Shown: piece after piece, positions 50,063 to 61,640 of the stretch | Layout: each line of letters starts with the position of its first letter | How positions within the stretch are numbered: the stretch's first letter is position 1 | Assembly (NCBI RefSeq): GCF_004010195.1 | Contig: NC_057749.1 | Coordinates: 17,469,308 to 17,533,307, forward strand | Origin: Chiloscyllium plagiosum | Taxonomy: Eukaryota | Direction: 5' to 3' | DNA length: 64,000 nucleotides | The notes under the pieces: model-generated | Seen by the model: only the letters and a program-made list of their open reading frames with translations | Databases searched by the model: none | Told to the model about the DNA's origin: nothing | Program-made: the position numbers and the translations under genes

Positions 50063-51170
50063 CTGATGCAAAATACTCGTTTAGTATCTCTCCCATCTCC
50101 TGCGGCTCCACACAAAGGCTGCCTTGCTGATTTTTGAGGGGCCCTATTCTCTCCCTAGTTACCCTTTTGGCCTTAATGTATTTGTAAAAACCCTTTGGAT
50201 TCTCCTTAATTCTATTTGCCAAAGCTATCTCGTGTCCCCTTTTTGCCCTCCTGACTTCCCTCTTAAGTGTATTCCTACTGCCTTTATACTCTTCTAAGGA
50301 TTCACTCGATCTATCCTGTCTGTACCTTACTTCTTTTACTTAACAAAACCCTCAATTTCTTTAGTCATCCAGCATTCCCTATTCCTACCAGCCTTCCCTT
50401 TCACCCTAACAGGAATATACTTTCTCTGGANNNNNNNNNNNNNNNNNNNNNNNNNNNNNNNNNNNNNNNNNNNNNNNNNNNNNNNNNNNNNNNNNNNNNN
50501 NNNNNNNNNNNNNNNNNNNNNNNNNNNNNNNNNNNNNNNNNNNNNNNNNNNNNNNNNNNNNNNNNNNNNNNNNAAAGTTAAAATCCCCTACCATAACTAC
50601 CCTATTATTCTTACAGATAGCGGAGGTCTCCTTACAAGTTTGTTTCTCAATTTCCCTCTGACTATTGGGGGGTCTATAATACAATCCCAGTAAGGTGATC
50701 ATCCCCTTCTTATTTCTCAGTTCCCCCCAAATAACTTCCCTGGATGTATTTCTGGGTATATCCTCCCTCAGCACAGCTGTAATGCTATCCCTTATCAAAA
50801 ATGCCACTCCTCCTCCTCTCTTGCCTCCCTTTCTATCCTTCCTGTAGCATTTATATCCTGGAATATTAAGCTGCCAGTCCTGCCCATCCCTGAGCCATGT
50901 TTCTGTAATTGCTATGATATCCCAGTCCCATGTTCCTAACCATGCCCTGAGTTCATCTGCCTTCCCTGTTAGGCCCCTTGCATTGAAATAAATGCAGTTT
51001 AATTTATTAGTCCTACCTTGTCCCTGCCTGCCCTGACTGTTTGACTCTCTTCTGTTCTCAACTGTACCAGTCTCAGATTGACCTCTTTCCCCACTATCTC
51101 CCTGGGTCCCACATTCCCACCTCTTCCCCGCCCCCCCCCCCCACACACACCTGGCCTTACTAGTTTGATC
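50056..51170 (-). mobile_element. CR1 LINE ORF2 5' half, well-preserved APE endonuclease
   Basis: CIYFNARGLTGKADEL...AITETWL...YRKDRKGGKRGGGVAFLI...YYRPPNS...MVGDFNF, then ANRIKENPKGFYKYI...ILNEYFASVFT. Confidence 0.93.
50431..50573. other. Assembly gap (143 N) inside the CR1
   Basis: Run of N. Confidence 1.
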
Positions 51171-52454
51171 CCTCCATGTGGATCTTGCTGGTTAGACCAC
51201 TGCCAAAAGATAGTTTACCTTAGTCCTCCATAGATTGGGACATGGACGGGTGGGGGGAGTGTGGGACATGGAATGGCTTACCCCTGCACTTTTAGCACTG
51301 GCCTTTATTGTGATGAATGTACTAGTGCTCATGTAGCAAACAGGGAATAGGAGAATATAAGTGTCACATGGGAATGACTCCCCCTCCCAGTACCACATCA
51401 CCCACTGATAGCAACATGCTGATAAAAGAGTATTACACTTACCAATCAGATTGAGAGGGAATCAGTTCCATCTCCCTATGCTGCCCCGAGATCTTGCATT
51501 TGCTGTGTGAATTGTGGTCCCTTCTGTTTCACTGAGATGTCTAACTAAAATTTGGAAGGTCCAGTGATGACAGGGGCAATGTTGTTTGTGACCAGTGTTA
51601 GCACATCACTCAGTTATATGCCTGCAAGCAACGCACACGCAAAATGAAATGGTTATAAATAATTGGGCAACCTGCACTTTTCCGTGTAACAGAACAAGAG
51701 TTCCATGGCTGGCCTCACAAAGCCTTAGGGGTGTTGGAGAGTGATTAAGGCAGTACAAGAGAATGTATCTGTGCCAAACTGGAATCGCCTGGCTTTTATG
51801 AGCTAGTCCTCACTGGATTCTCCGAAATAGTTGGTGAAATTAGCACCGTGAGAAGGGAAAAAGGAAAGCATCACTAGGAAACTTGTTCATCCATTGGGAA
51901 AAATCTTACCCAGAGTAGATGCACACACAGATTCCTAAAAACCCTAAAAACTAGTGGTCAACATTTTACCAATCCTTACAAACAGAAAACACTCTTTTCC
52001 GAATTCAACAGATCAATTCTTAATAAATTTCACAGATCTGCTTTCTCTGAGCCTTTTCCCTGCAGAAACACATATAATTATCATGGGAGTTTCAGCCACC
52101 AACATGGAGCTCATGTTCTGGTGAGTACAATGAAGAGGCGAATGGTGAGGCAGATATTCAACCTGACTCCATTCCTGAATATCACTCTTTAACCTCTACC
52201 CTCTGACATTTGAACTATCCAGGGTGGTGAATCAATTCCCAGCCTCCTCTATACATCGAAATACATTGACCTAAACCCCAAAATCCAATGACAGCAGGTT
52301 TCCAAAATGAATAGCAGAAAGATGTTGAAAACTGGCCATATTTCAAGTGATAGCTGTTTTGTAGAATGCCTTAAATACACTTGTTGGAGAACCAAACCAT
52401 TACCTGTTTCGATTGGTTTCCTCTCTAACCTTAAAAATACTTCAGTATATAGAA

Positions 52455-52722
52455 TTAATAGAATCCCTGCAATGCAGGAAGAGGTCATTCAACCCATCGA
52501 GTCTGCACCAACTCTCCAAAAAGCATCCCACAGAGACCCAGCCTATCCCTATATTTCCTATGGCTAATCCACTTTAACCTTGGATTGTGGGAGGAAACCA
52601 GAGCACCCAGAGGAAGCCAACGCAGACGTGGGGGGAACGTGCAAACTGCCCGAGGCTGGAATCAAACCCAGGCCCCTGTTGCAGTGAGGCAGTGGTGCTA
52701 ACCACTGTGCCATAATGCTGCC
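52455..52722 (-). mobile_element. V-SINE
   Basis: Reverse-complement head (gcagtgaggcagtggtgctaaccactgtgcc) and V-domain. Confidence 0.8.
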
Positions 52723-52779
52723 TGTTTATGTTTTGTGGGTAATCACATAGCCCAGAATTGTACTGAGCTGGAGTGACTG

Positions 52780-54160
52780 GACAGTTTCAGGTTTGTACTG
52801 AGGTGGGGGGAAGGGACTGTCTCAGGTTTGTACTGAGGTGTTTGTGCTGAGGTGGAGGGAGGGGACAGTCTCAGGTTTGTACTGAGATGGGGGTAGGGAC
52901 TGTCTCAGGTTTGTGCTGAGGTGGAGGGAGGGGACAGTCTCAGGTTTGTACTGAGATGGGGGTAGGGACTGTCTCAGGTTTGTGCTGAGGTGGAGGGAGG
53001 GGACAGTCTCAGGTTTGTACTGAGATGGGGGTAGGGACTGTCTCAGGTTTGTGCTGAGGTGGAGGGAGGGGACAGTCTCAGGTTTGTACTGAGATGGGGG
53101 TAGGGACTGTCTCAGGTTTGTGCTGAGGTGGAGGGAGGGGACAGTCTCAGGTTTGTACTGAGATGGGGGTAGGGACTGTCTCAGGTTTGTGCTGAGGTGG
53201 AGGGAGGGGACAGTCTCAGGTTTGTACTGAGATGGGGGTAGGGACTGTCTCAGGTTTGTGCTGAGGTGGAGGGAGGGGACAGTCTCAGGTTTGTACTGAG
53301 ATGGGGGTAGGGACTGTCTCAGGTTTGTGCTGAGGTGGAGGGAGGGGACAGTCTCAGGTTTGTACTGAGATGGGGGTAGGGACTGTCTCAGGTTTGTGCT
53401 GAGGTGGAGGGAGGGGACAGTCTCAGGTTTGTACTGAGATGGGGGTAGGGACTGTCTCAGGTTTGTGCTGAGGTGGAGGGAGGGGACAGTCTCAGGTTTG
53501 TACTGAGATGGGGGTAGGGACTGTCTCAGGTTTGTGCTGAGGTGGAGGGAGGGGACAGTCTCAGGTTTGTACTGAGATGGGGGTAGGGACTGTCTCAGGT
53601 TTGTGCTGAGGTGGAGGGAGGGGACAGTCTCAGGTTTGTACTGAGATGGGGGTAGGGACTGTCTCAGGTTTGTGCTGAGGTGGAGGGAGGGGACAGTCTC
53701 AGGTTTGTACTGAGATGGGGGTAGGGACTGTCTCAGGTTTGTGCTGAGGTGGAGGGAGGGGACAGTCTCAGGTTTGTACTGAGATGGGGGTAGGGACTGT
53801 CTCAGGTTTGTGCTGAGGTGGAGGGAGGGGACAGTCTCAGGTTTGTACTGAGATGGGGGTAGGGACTGTCTCAGGTTTGTGCTGAGGTGGAAGGGAGGGG
53901 CAGTCTGAGGTTTGTACTGAGATGGGGGTAGGGACTGTCTCAGGTTTGTGCTGAGGTGGAGGGAGGGGACAGTCTCAGGTTTGTACTGAGATGGGGGTAG
54001 GGACTGTCTCAGGTTTGTGCTGAGGTGGAGGGAGGGGACAGTCTCAGGTTTGTACTGAGATGGGGGTAGGGACTGTCTCAGGTTTGTGCTGAGGTGGAGG
54101 GAGGGGACAGTCTCAGGTGTTGTGCTGAGGTCGGGGGAGGGGACTGTCTCAGGTGTTGTG
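52780..54160. repeat. G-rich tandem array: 69-bp higher-order unit made of 35- and 34-bp subunits, about 19-20 units
   Basis: GTCTCAGGTTTGTGCTGAGGTGGAGGGAGGGGACA + GTCTCAGGTTTGTACTGAGATGGGGGTAGGGACT. Period checked: ggggacagtc at 52861 and 52930. Confidence 0.97.
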
Positions 54161-54463
54161 CCTGGGTTGGGGTCAAAAAACGGATTGCACCAAGGCAGCA
54201 GCTGGCAGGGTCAGATATAACCTCTGACCTCGGTGGTGAAGGAGGGACAAATGGGGGAGCACACTCCTTTCTGATGGTAAGCCAAGAAGTCCTGTACACA
54301 TGGGTATGTCATTGAGAACAGCATGGGGCTCTAGTGTAATGTCTCCTAAACATCAATGTTGATCATCAGTTCTCGAACAGTGCCTGAAGAATGCTCACTT
54401 TGGTAAGTCAGAACTCACACAACTCAGAAATCACAAGGTGTCAGAGCAATGCCCCTTTTTTCG

Positions 54464-54565
54464 ACTCCGAAAGCTCGTGATCTCAAATAAACCTGTTGGA
54501 CTATAATCTGATGTTGTGTGAGTTCTGACCTTGTCCACTCCAGTCCAGCACTGGCACCTCCACAC
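54464..54565 (+). mobile_element. Penelope terminal fragment starting inside the hammerhead stem II
   Basis: ctccgaaagctcgtg...aaacctgttggactataa, homologous to 57318-57410. Confidence 0.7.
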
Positions 54566-55959
54566 TTTGGTAAGTATTAGAGAATGGAGTTTATACGTGG
54601 CCAGAATGACCAGCTTTGGGAAGGGTGAAGGGGACATACAATAGGAATGGGGATGCGATGGTCTAGTGATATTATCACTGGGCATTAATTGCAGAGTCCC
54701 AGTAATGACTCGGGGGCTGGGGTTCAAATCCCATCCATGGTAGATGGTGAGATTTGAATTCAATTAAAAATCTAGTATTAAGTCTAATGATGACCATGAT
54801 GTTGATTGTTGGGAAGAGCCCATCTAGGTCAGTAATGCCATTTTGGCAAGGAAACTGCCATCCTTACCCAGTCTGGCTGGCATGTGATTCCAGCATGTGA
54901 CTCTTAACAGCCCTCTGGGCAATTAGCGATGGGCAGCCCATGATGCTCACAGCCAGTGACGGAATGAAAAACAAATTCCAGTATTTGTTCTAGTGAGTGT
55001 TTGCAGCTAAGTGCCATTCAAAGAGTTAACCTCACTTGTTTAGCACACGTCTCAGTTTTGTAATGTGCTTGATGAAATGACTGACTGTCTTGGGTAGTGA
55101 GGATGTGACTGTGTACTTCCCATCTTAGCCTCTGATACTTGGGATTTGGCTTTATTCTGTATTGTGCATCTGTGCCTGTTATGTCTATGTTTAGTAATTA
55201 AGGACAGTAATTAAACATAAAGCATGTTGATAAACAAAAATCACAAAGGCTTAGTCCACTAAGATCAATATAGCCAATCATAGGAGGCCCTGGAAATGAG
55301 GTCAATCAATTCCTCCAATTTGACTGAAGATTAGATGGTTCCTGGGAACGATTTAGTTTTTCTGGTGGCTGGATGGTAATCTGTTGAAGTTTCCCACTTG
55401 CTTTTAACATCTGAGACCCAGTCGGGTGTTGACACGACATCATTTATCTGAAGTTAACTTTCCCACTCACACTAAAATTACATTCCTCGGTACAAAATCC
55501 AACCCTTAAAGGATCACAATCTGATTCTCAAACCTGTGGAGACATGTTCATTTCCTGAGAAATACCTTTGTGTTATAAAGTCATACTTAACCACTTCTGC
55601 TTAGCAATATAATCACCCATTTCCAATCCTTCTCACTATCTCTGTCCATTTATTGACATCAGCATTTATGTTCTATCCTTTAATTTGTTTTTATTACAGG
55701 GAGACTTATTAAAAGGCTGAGTAGTGACACAGAGGGGTGGGAAATAGAACCAACAGTAAATCATTAGATAGTGGCTAAATCCAAATCTAAGGCCACAAAA
55801 GCTGGTAACATCTGAGGAAGAGTTGTGTAGGTTTGAGGTTCTGGGAAAGGAAGAGGAAGTGGAGGACATGGACTGATGGTTGCAATGCATAGAGAAGGGA
55901 AATAGTATCGAATATTATGTGGAGCCTGGTGTCCACTCTAACGCAGCAGAAATGATCGT

Positions 55960-56352
55960 GCCCATCTCTCAGACAATCATACGATCAAGTCCTGCTCCAG
56001 AGACTGACTCTAGATTGACATCCCAACTCCACTGCATCCACAGAGACATCACCTGATGGATGGGATGTTAAACTGAACCCCACCTGACCTCTCAGGTGGA
56101 TGGGAAAGACCCTGTGGTACCCTTTGTGGAATATCAAGAGAGATCTTTCCAGTGATCCGAACAAAGTCTATCCCTCAACAAGGATCACTTAAACAGAGGA
56201 TCTCACAATCACCATCACATTCCTGTTCATGGGATCTTGCTGTATGCAAATTGACTAATCTTTTATTAGAAAAGTGACCACACTCTAAAAGCACCAGATT
56301 CGTTGCAGGGAGAGAGCTCCTGAACTTGTGAAAGAGAAGCAAGTCTTTTCTT
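55960..56352 (+). mobile_element. Deu-domain SINE
   Basis: gatgttaaactga...ctctcaggtggatgggaaagaccctgtggtac...atccctcaac...gggatcttgctgtatgcaaattg...gcaagtcttttc. Confidence 0.65.
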
Positions 56353-56711
56353 TAGGGCAATAGTGGAACTGAGAAAGTGTTGTTAAAGACATGTGAAAAC
56401 TTGCAATGAAGAGCAGTCAAAGTGGCAGGCTGGGTTTGTAGGAAGAAATAAAGCTAGGATCCGAGTGTAATTTCAGATTCCTTTTCTTGTCTGCTTCAAA
56501 AAATTGTGAAAAAACTGTGAACACAAATTCACTTTGAACATTATTCTCACCTGAATACATTGCCATGTCCTCCCTTGGCATATTCCAGTTTGTCAGTAGA
56601 ATGCAGACTTTACATAGGAGATCTGACAAATCACATGGCCAGAAGCTCACCCATCGATGAATTCAAACTACTTTTTAACACCCAGTGGTAAAGTAAGTCC
56701 CACAGATAAGC

Positions 56712-56831
56712 AAGGGCTTTTGCCCGAAACGTCGATTTTACTGCTCCTCGGATGCTGCCTGAACTGCTGTGCTCTTCCAGCACCACTAATCCAGAATCTG
56801 GTTTCCAGCATCTGCAGTCATTGTTTTTACC
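56712..56831 (+). mobile_element. Penelope terminal fragment (same family as 1-320), truncated within the hammerhead
   Basis: Starts at aagggcttttgcccgaaacgtcg; the tail closely matches 200-318. Confidence 0.8.
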
Positions 56832-56919
56832 CCCAGACATGTTCCTGACCCGCTCAGCCGTCTACGCACAACGTGAGAACCTGTGGTCAGTTAGCTCTGT
56901 GGATCTGTGTATGTAATGT

Positions 56920-57410
56920 GACAATGCTGTCACTTTGCAGAATTATATTTTATTTTGCTCAAAACATGCATAACCTACAGTCAATCCATGTCAGATTCTG
57001 TAAATCCCACTTTAGAAATAGAACTATTTCTGACTCAAGACAGGGACACAGACAGACTTTAACCTCACACCTTTAATACGTTGTCTGAGCTGTGATGCCC
57101 CTATTGTTAGAAAAACTGAAGTTATCTTGAGAATATGACTTAAAAGGAGTTCTGGGATTTACATATTAATGAACTGACACTAGAAAAACCATTCTAAAAG
57201 ATAAAAGACATAATCTAAGTTTGTTTGATGTATTTCAGTTGCATGACACTGTAACCCTTTGCTATAAATTCTGTATCCTATGGTCCTGCTCCACAACCAC
57301 CTGATGAAGGGGCAGTGCTCCGAAAGCTAGTGCTTCCAAACAAACCTGTTGGATTATAGGCTGGTGTGTGTGATTTTTAACTTTGTTCACCCCAGTCCAT
57401 CACCGTCTCA
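56920..57410 (+). mobile_element. Penelope-like 3' region with an intact minimal hammerhead at 57298-57332
   Basis: Homologous in reverse to 63266-63950; CTGATGA-A-GGGGC-AGT-GCTCC-GAAAG-CTA. Confidence 0.75.
57298..57332 (+). ncRNA. Minimal type I hammerhead ribozyme motif
   Basis: Stem I CAC/GTG, core CUGAUGA, extra A, stem II GGGGC/GCUCC, GAAA, palindromic AGCU helix III, predicted cleavage after CUA. Confidence 0.65.
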
Positions 57411-57417
57411 TCTGAAT

Positions 57418-58147
57418 CGTCACTTTAAGAGGTTATTTTGAAGAGAGGTTGTAAGGCAGAGGTGTTGAGCTGGCTACTGAAGACCACTTGAGTGGACAGC
57501 ATATGAGGCCTTGGGTTTTTTTAATGCAGCCTGAATGGGGGTGGCCAGCTTTCTCAGATTAGGATTTCTTGGTTTTGGTTTTTCAGTAGCGTCAAAGCTA
57601 TTGGAGTCTCAACGGAATTGGAAGCTTCAATGAAAGTCTCCTGGCTGCTATTCTCTCTGAATGTTCTCTTGCTGTTGTTTTCCCCCCTGGATGGGAGAAT
57701 TGCATGTGAGAATCTGTGTCTGAATTTACCTTTTTGCCAAGGTTTCAGTCTTGTTGAACTCTGTTGCTTTTCCTATCTGACTGGGGTCAGTTTCACACTG
57801 ATCACCTTGAGAAACCCTCTGAAGTTGGATATTGCTTCACAAGTTCGCTAATGACACCACCATAGTCAATGTTTATGGGGTGTTACTATACTGAAACGGT
57901 TAATTAGTGATAGATACTGTTTCTATTATTTGGTCAAGTTTTCCAGCAGTTGCTATTCTACATTCTATCTTTTGTCTGTATTTTAACCAGAGTGTTTAAA
58001 TAAATTGTGTTTTGCTTTACATGGAATGGATTGACCAGTCACATCACATCTGGAATATACACCACACCAACTTTCAAAATAAGCAAAAGTTAGGGTCCAG
58101 GCTACCCACATAAATACTTTGAGGGGGGTCTGGCTTGGTCCAATACA
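57418..58147 (+). mobile_element. Possible solo LTR or other interspersed repeat, interrupted at ~57740-57870
   Basis: Contains AATAAA near 57999 and ends ...ctggcttggtccaataca. Family assignment is from memory only. Confidence 0.35.
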
Positions 58148-58171
58148 GTAACCTGTCTCCTGAGGGTATGT

Positions 58172-58344
58172 CTTTGAGGAGAAAGTGAGGTCTGCAGATG
58201 CTGGAGATCAGAGATGGAAATGTGTTGCTGGAAAAGCGCAGCAGGTCAGGCAGCATCTAGGGAACAGGAGAATCGACGTTTCGGGCTAATCCTGTTCCCT
58301 AGATGCTGCCTGACCTGCTGCGCTTTTCCAGCAACACATTTCCA
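58172..58344. mobile_element. Palindromic Penelope-derived insertion with 16-bp TSD
   Basis: TSD tctcctgagggtatgt at 58156-58171 and 58345-58360. The inversion point is at gacgtttcgggc (hammerhead stem II). Confidence 0.85.
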
Positions 58345-58925
58345 TCTCCTGAGGGTATGTGTATGTCTCCTGTGATTCGTTTATTTCACTGTGGAACCAA
58401 CAGGATCTGCAACTCGATTTCTCATGGCCATTTGGTCAGTTTTGACACTGTTTGGCTGATCAAACTATTAAACAAGCAGGGAAGGTGATGCCACAATCTC
58501 CACCAATAGGCAATCCTGACTGAAGTCGTGTTGAGATTTCCTGTTAAGCAGTTCAGTGGGTCTGATACTGCAACATTGCACTGTCTGCAGCACATCCATT
58601 AACACTGAAACATCAGCAACAAATCCCACCCTTGGACAAGGCACTATATCTGTGCAATAGAGCTGGTAATATAGAGCTTTGACAAAGGGTCAGTTAGACA
58701 TGAAACGTCAGCTCTTTTCTCTCCTTACAGATGCTGGCAGACCTGCTGAGATTTTCCAGCATTTTCTCTTTTGGTAATATCCTAATTGGATTATAGACTC
58801 ATGTTTGTCTATCATCTTTTCTGTCAAAGGTTTCAGTCTTATTGTGCTCTGGTGCATTTCCTATCTGATTGGGGTCAGTTTCACACTTATCACCTTGAGA
58901 AACCCCCGGAAGTTGGATATTGCTT

Positions 58926-59695
58926 GGAAAAAGGACCTGGAAAAATGGTGCACTGAGAACAACCTAGCTCTCAATGCCGGCAAAACCAAGGAACCCTCAT
59001 TATTGACTTTGGCGTGATGTTACTCATGCTCTCCCTACACATTAACAGCACAGAGATGGAACAAGTGCAGAGTGTCAAGCTCCTGGGAGTGGTCATCCAC
59101 AACAAGCTTTCTTGGACTCTTCATGTGGCTGCATTGGTTACAAAGGCTCAACAACGTCTCTTCTTCCTCAGGCAGCTGAGGAAATTTGGCATGACGGTGA
59201 ATCCCCTTGCCAACTTTTAAAGGTGCACCATCGAGAACATTCTGTCTGGATGCATCACTACCTGGTATGGCATCTGTACCACTCAAGATCGGAGACAGTT
59301 ACAGAGAGTGGTGAACTCGGCTCGGACATTACAAAGGCCAACCTCCCATCTATAGAATCCATCTACCAGGCCCGCTGTCAAGGAAAGGCCCTGGGCATTC
59401 TCAAAGATCCACCCCACCCTGGCAATGTTTTTCTACAACCTCTACCATCGGGGAGAAGGTACAGAAGCCTGAACACAGTCAGATATAGTTTCTACTCCAC
59501 TGTTGTTAGAATACTGAATGGACTCTCAAACTCTTAACATTCGCCTGTCCCTGTGTTTTTGTTTTTGCCGCTGTTTACCTATTTATTTACTATCTATGCT
59601 TCTTTGCGATCTGTCTGTATTGCTCACAAGACAAAGCTTTTCACTGTGTCTCAGTACACGTGACAATAAATTCAATTCAATTCAATTCAGTTCAA
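58926..59695 (+). mobile_element. Rex1/Babar-type LINE 3' fragment with (TTCAA)n tail
   Basis: LEKWCTENNLALNAGKTKE, KLLGVVIHNKLSW, KAQQRLFFLRQLRKF, IENILSGCITTWYG, KDPPHPG...LPSGRRYRS; tail aataaattcaattcaattc. Confidence 0.88.
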
Positions 59696-59861
59696 CTATT
59701 TGCAGCTTCCCAGGCTCTGGGTAAATTCTTCCGTTGGGGTAAAATTTGCTGAGGACAACGGTTTGTGCTGTGGACAGGGGGGGGATTGTGTAGCAGAACA
59801 TCACAAAAAGGAGGTAACCTCCCATCACAAACTACATAGACCACGTGTTTCCAAGCCTTTT

Positions 59862-60178
59862 GGGGCGGCACGGTGGCTCAGTGGTTAGCACTGCTGCCTC
59901 ACAACACCAAGGACCCGGGTTCAATTCCTGCCTCGGGCAACTGTCTGTGTGGAGTTTACACATTCTCCCCGTGTCTGGGATGCTCCGGTTTCCTCCCACA
60001 GTCCAAAGCTGTGCAGGTCAGGTGAATTGGCCATGCTAAATTGCCCCTAGTGTAAGGTGCATTAGTCAGTGGTGAATGTAGGGGGGTGGGTTGCTCTTCA
60101 GAGGGTTGGTGTGGACTTGTTGGGCCGAAGGGCCTGTTTCCACGCTGTAGGTAATCTCATCTAATCTAATCTCTAATC
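59862..60178 (+). mobile_element. V-SINE, full length, with (TAATC)n tail
   Basis: gggcggcacggtggctcagtggttagcactgctgcctcac head, V-domain and tail. Confidence 0.9.
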
Positions 60179-61440
60179 TTTTCACACAAGGACAGTCCCA
60201 GTGAGGAACAAACTGCCTAAGGAATAATCCCAGCCCATCATTGGAACCCTTCAAGACTGGGCATGCAGAGGTTGGGCTGTGTTTTGGCAATATTTCCATG
60301 GCTTTCATCTGCTGAAGATTTTTCAGATTGTGTGCCTTTATCTTGGGCTATTCTGCCACTTCACAGCGAATGAGGGAATGACTCTTTGAAAAGGCACTGC
60401 CTTCATCTGCTCAGGTATGGGAGTCAAGTCCTACAGATCGAATGGATGGTCTCTGCTAGCTATTTCAAAATGGCTGCAACGTGATGAAACGGGCTGGGTT
60501 TGGGGCTGGGGGTGATGGTGGGGTACAGCTGATTGTGGTAATGAGCCCCTGTGCTATCCTCTTGTTAGGAAGATATAATGCATGGAGTGTCTGTGTTCAT
60601 GAATGGATCCGAGACCCTGGGTTCACACCTCTCACGGCAGTTTGAGAATTTCAGCTCAGTTTAATAAAGCTGGAAATAAAAAGAATGCAATATGAGTAAA
60701 AGTGACTGTAAAACTGTCAAAAAAACCCATAAAAATTTCAAAAAGTGACCACAAAACTGTCAGACTGTTGTTAGAAAATAAACCTGCTTAATCTGGTCTG
60801 GAGATACATCATTCACAATCATTGAGTTTTGAGTCAGTTAATATTAGCCTCTTTAATATGAATGCACTGAATTTTGAGACTTGTATAAATGACTGTGTGT
60901 CTTGCTTTGTACATACTGACTGACTGAGCTGCCTGCTGTGGTGGGCTCCTCTTCCCCATTGTATTGGTCCTGAGTCCAGTGGTACCTATTGGCCTCAAAT
61001 CTGCGTCAGAACCTCACCAGAAATTGGGCAGGAGTTAGTTTTGTCAAGTGTCGTAGTGAGTGTCTCTCTCTGGGGCCTGGTGAGTTTTCTATGTAATTGT
61101 TCCAAACTCAATCATTAACTATGCCACACGCCTCATGACCCATGCCCTATGATGCTCCCGCCCACCCATCCAATGGACATCTGGTCTTCTGACCACCCAC
61201 CTCCCCCCACAATCACCCCGCACCCAACCCTGTACTCGCTGAAACCAGATGTATTCCCACCTTCCGAGAGGGAATGCTCAATGCTCAATGCCCAGGGGGA
61301 AGTGGCAAATAAGGGAATGTCTGTGCCCCACTTTACACACAGGGACCTGGAGGTCATGTTGGGCACTCAGATATGGAGGAGGCTCATTCTCATCCTACCC
61401 TCCAGGACTGACAGAGGAGACCATGACAGCACCCCCTGCC

Positions 61441-61640
61441 AGCCTGGGTCAGAGGTTGGCAGCTTGGGTCAGAGGTTGCCAGTCTGGGTCAAAGGTTACC
61501 AGCCTGGATCAAAGGTTGCCAGCCTGGGTCAGGGATTGGCAGCCTGGGTCAGAGGTTGCCAGCCTGGGTCGGAGGTTGGCAGCCTGGGTCAGAGGTTGCT
61601 AGTCTGGTTCAAAGGTTACCAATCTGGATCAGGGGTTGGC
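61441..61640. repeat. 20-bp minisatellite (AGCCTGGGTCAGAGGTTGSC) x10
   Basis: Direct observation. Confidence 0.92.

Noticed and set aside
50406..51146. 246-aa ORF as a host gene
   Set aside because: It is the CR1 APE endonuclease domain read through an N gap.
52780..54160. Alternating conserved and variable segments resembling repeat-spacer structure
   Set aside because: The variable parts alternate between only two fixed sequences, so this is a dimeric satellite.
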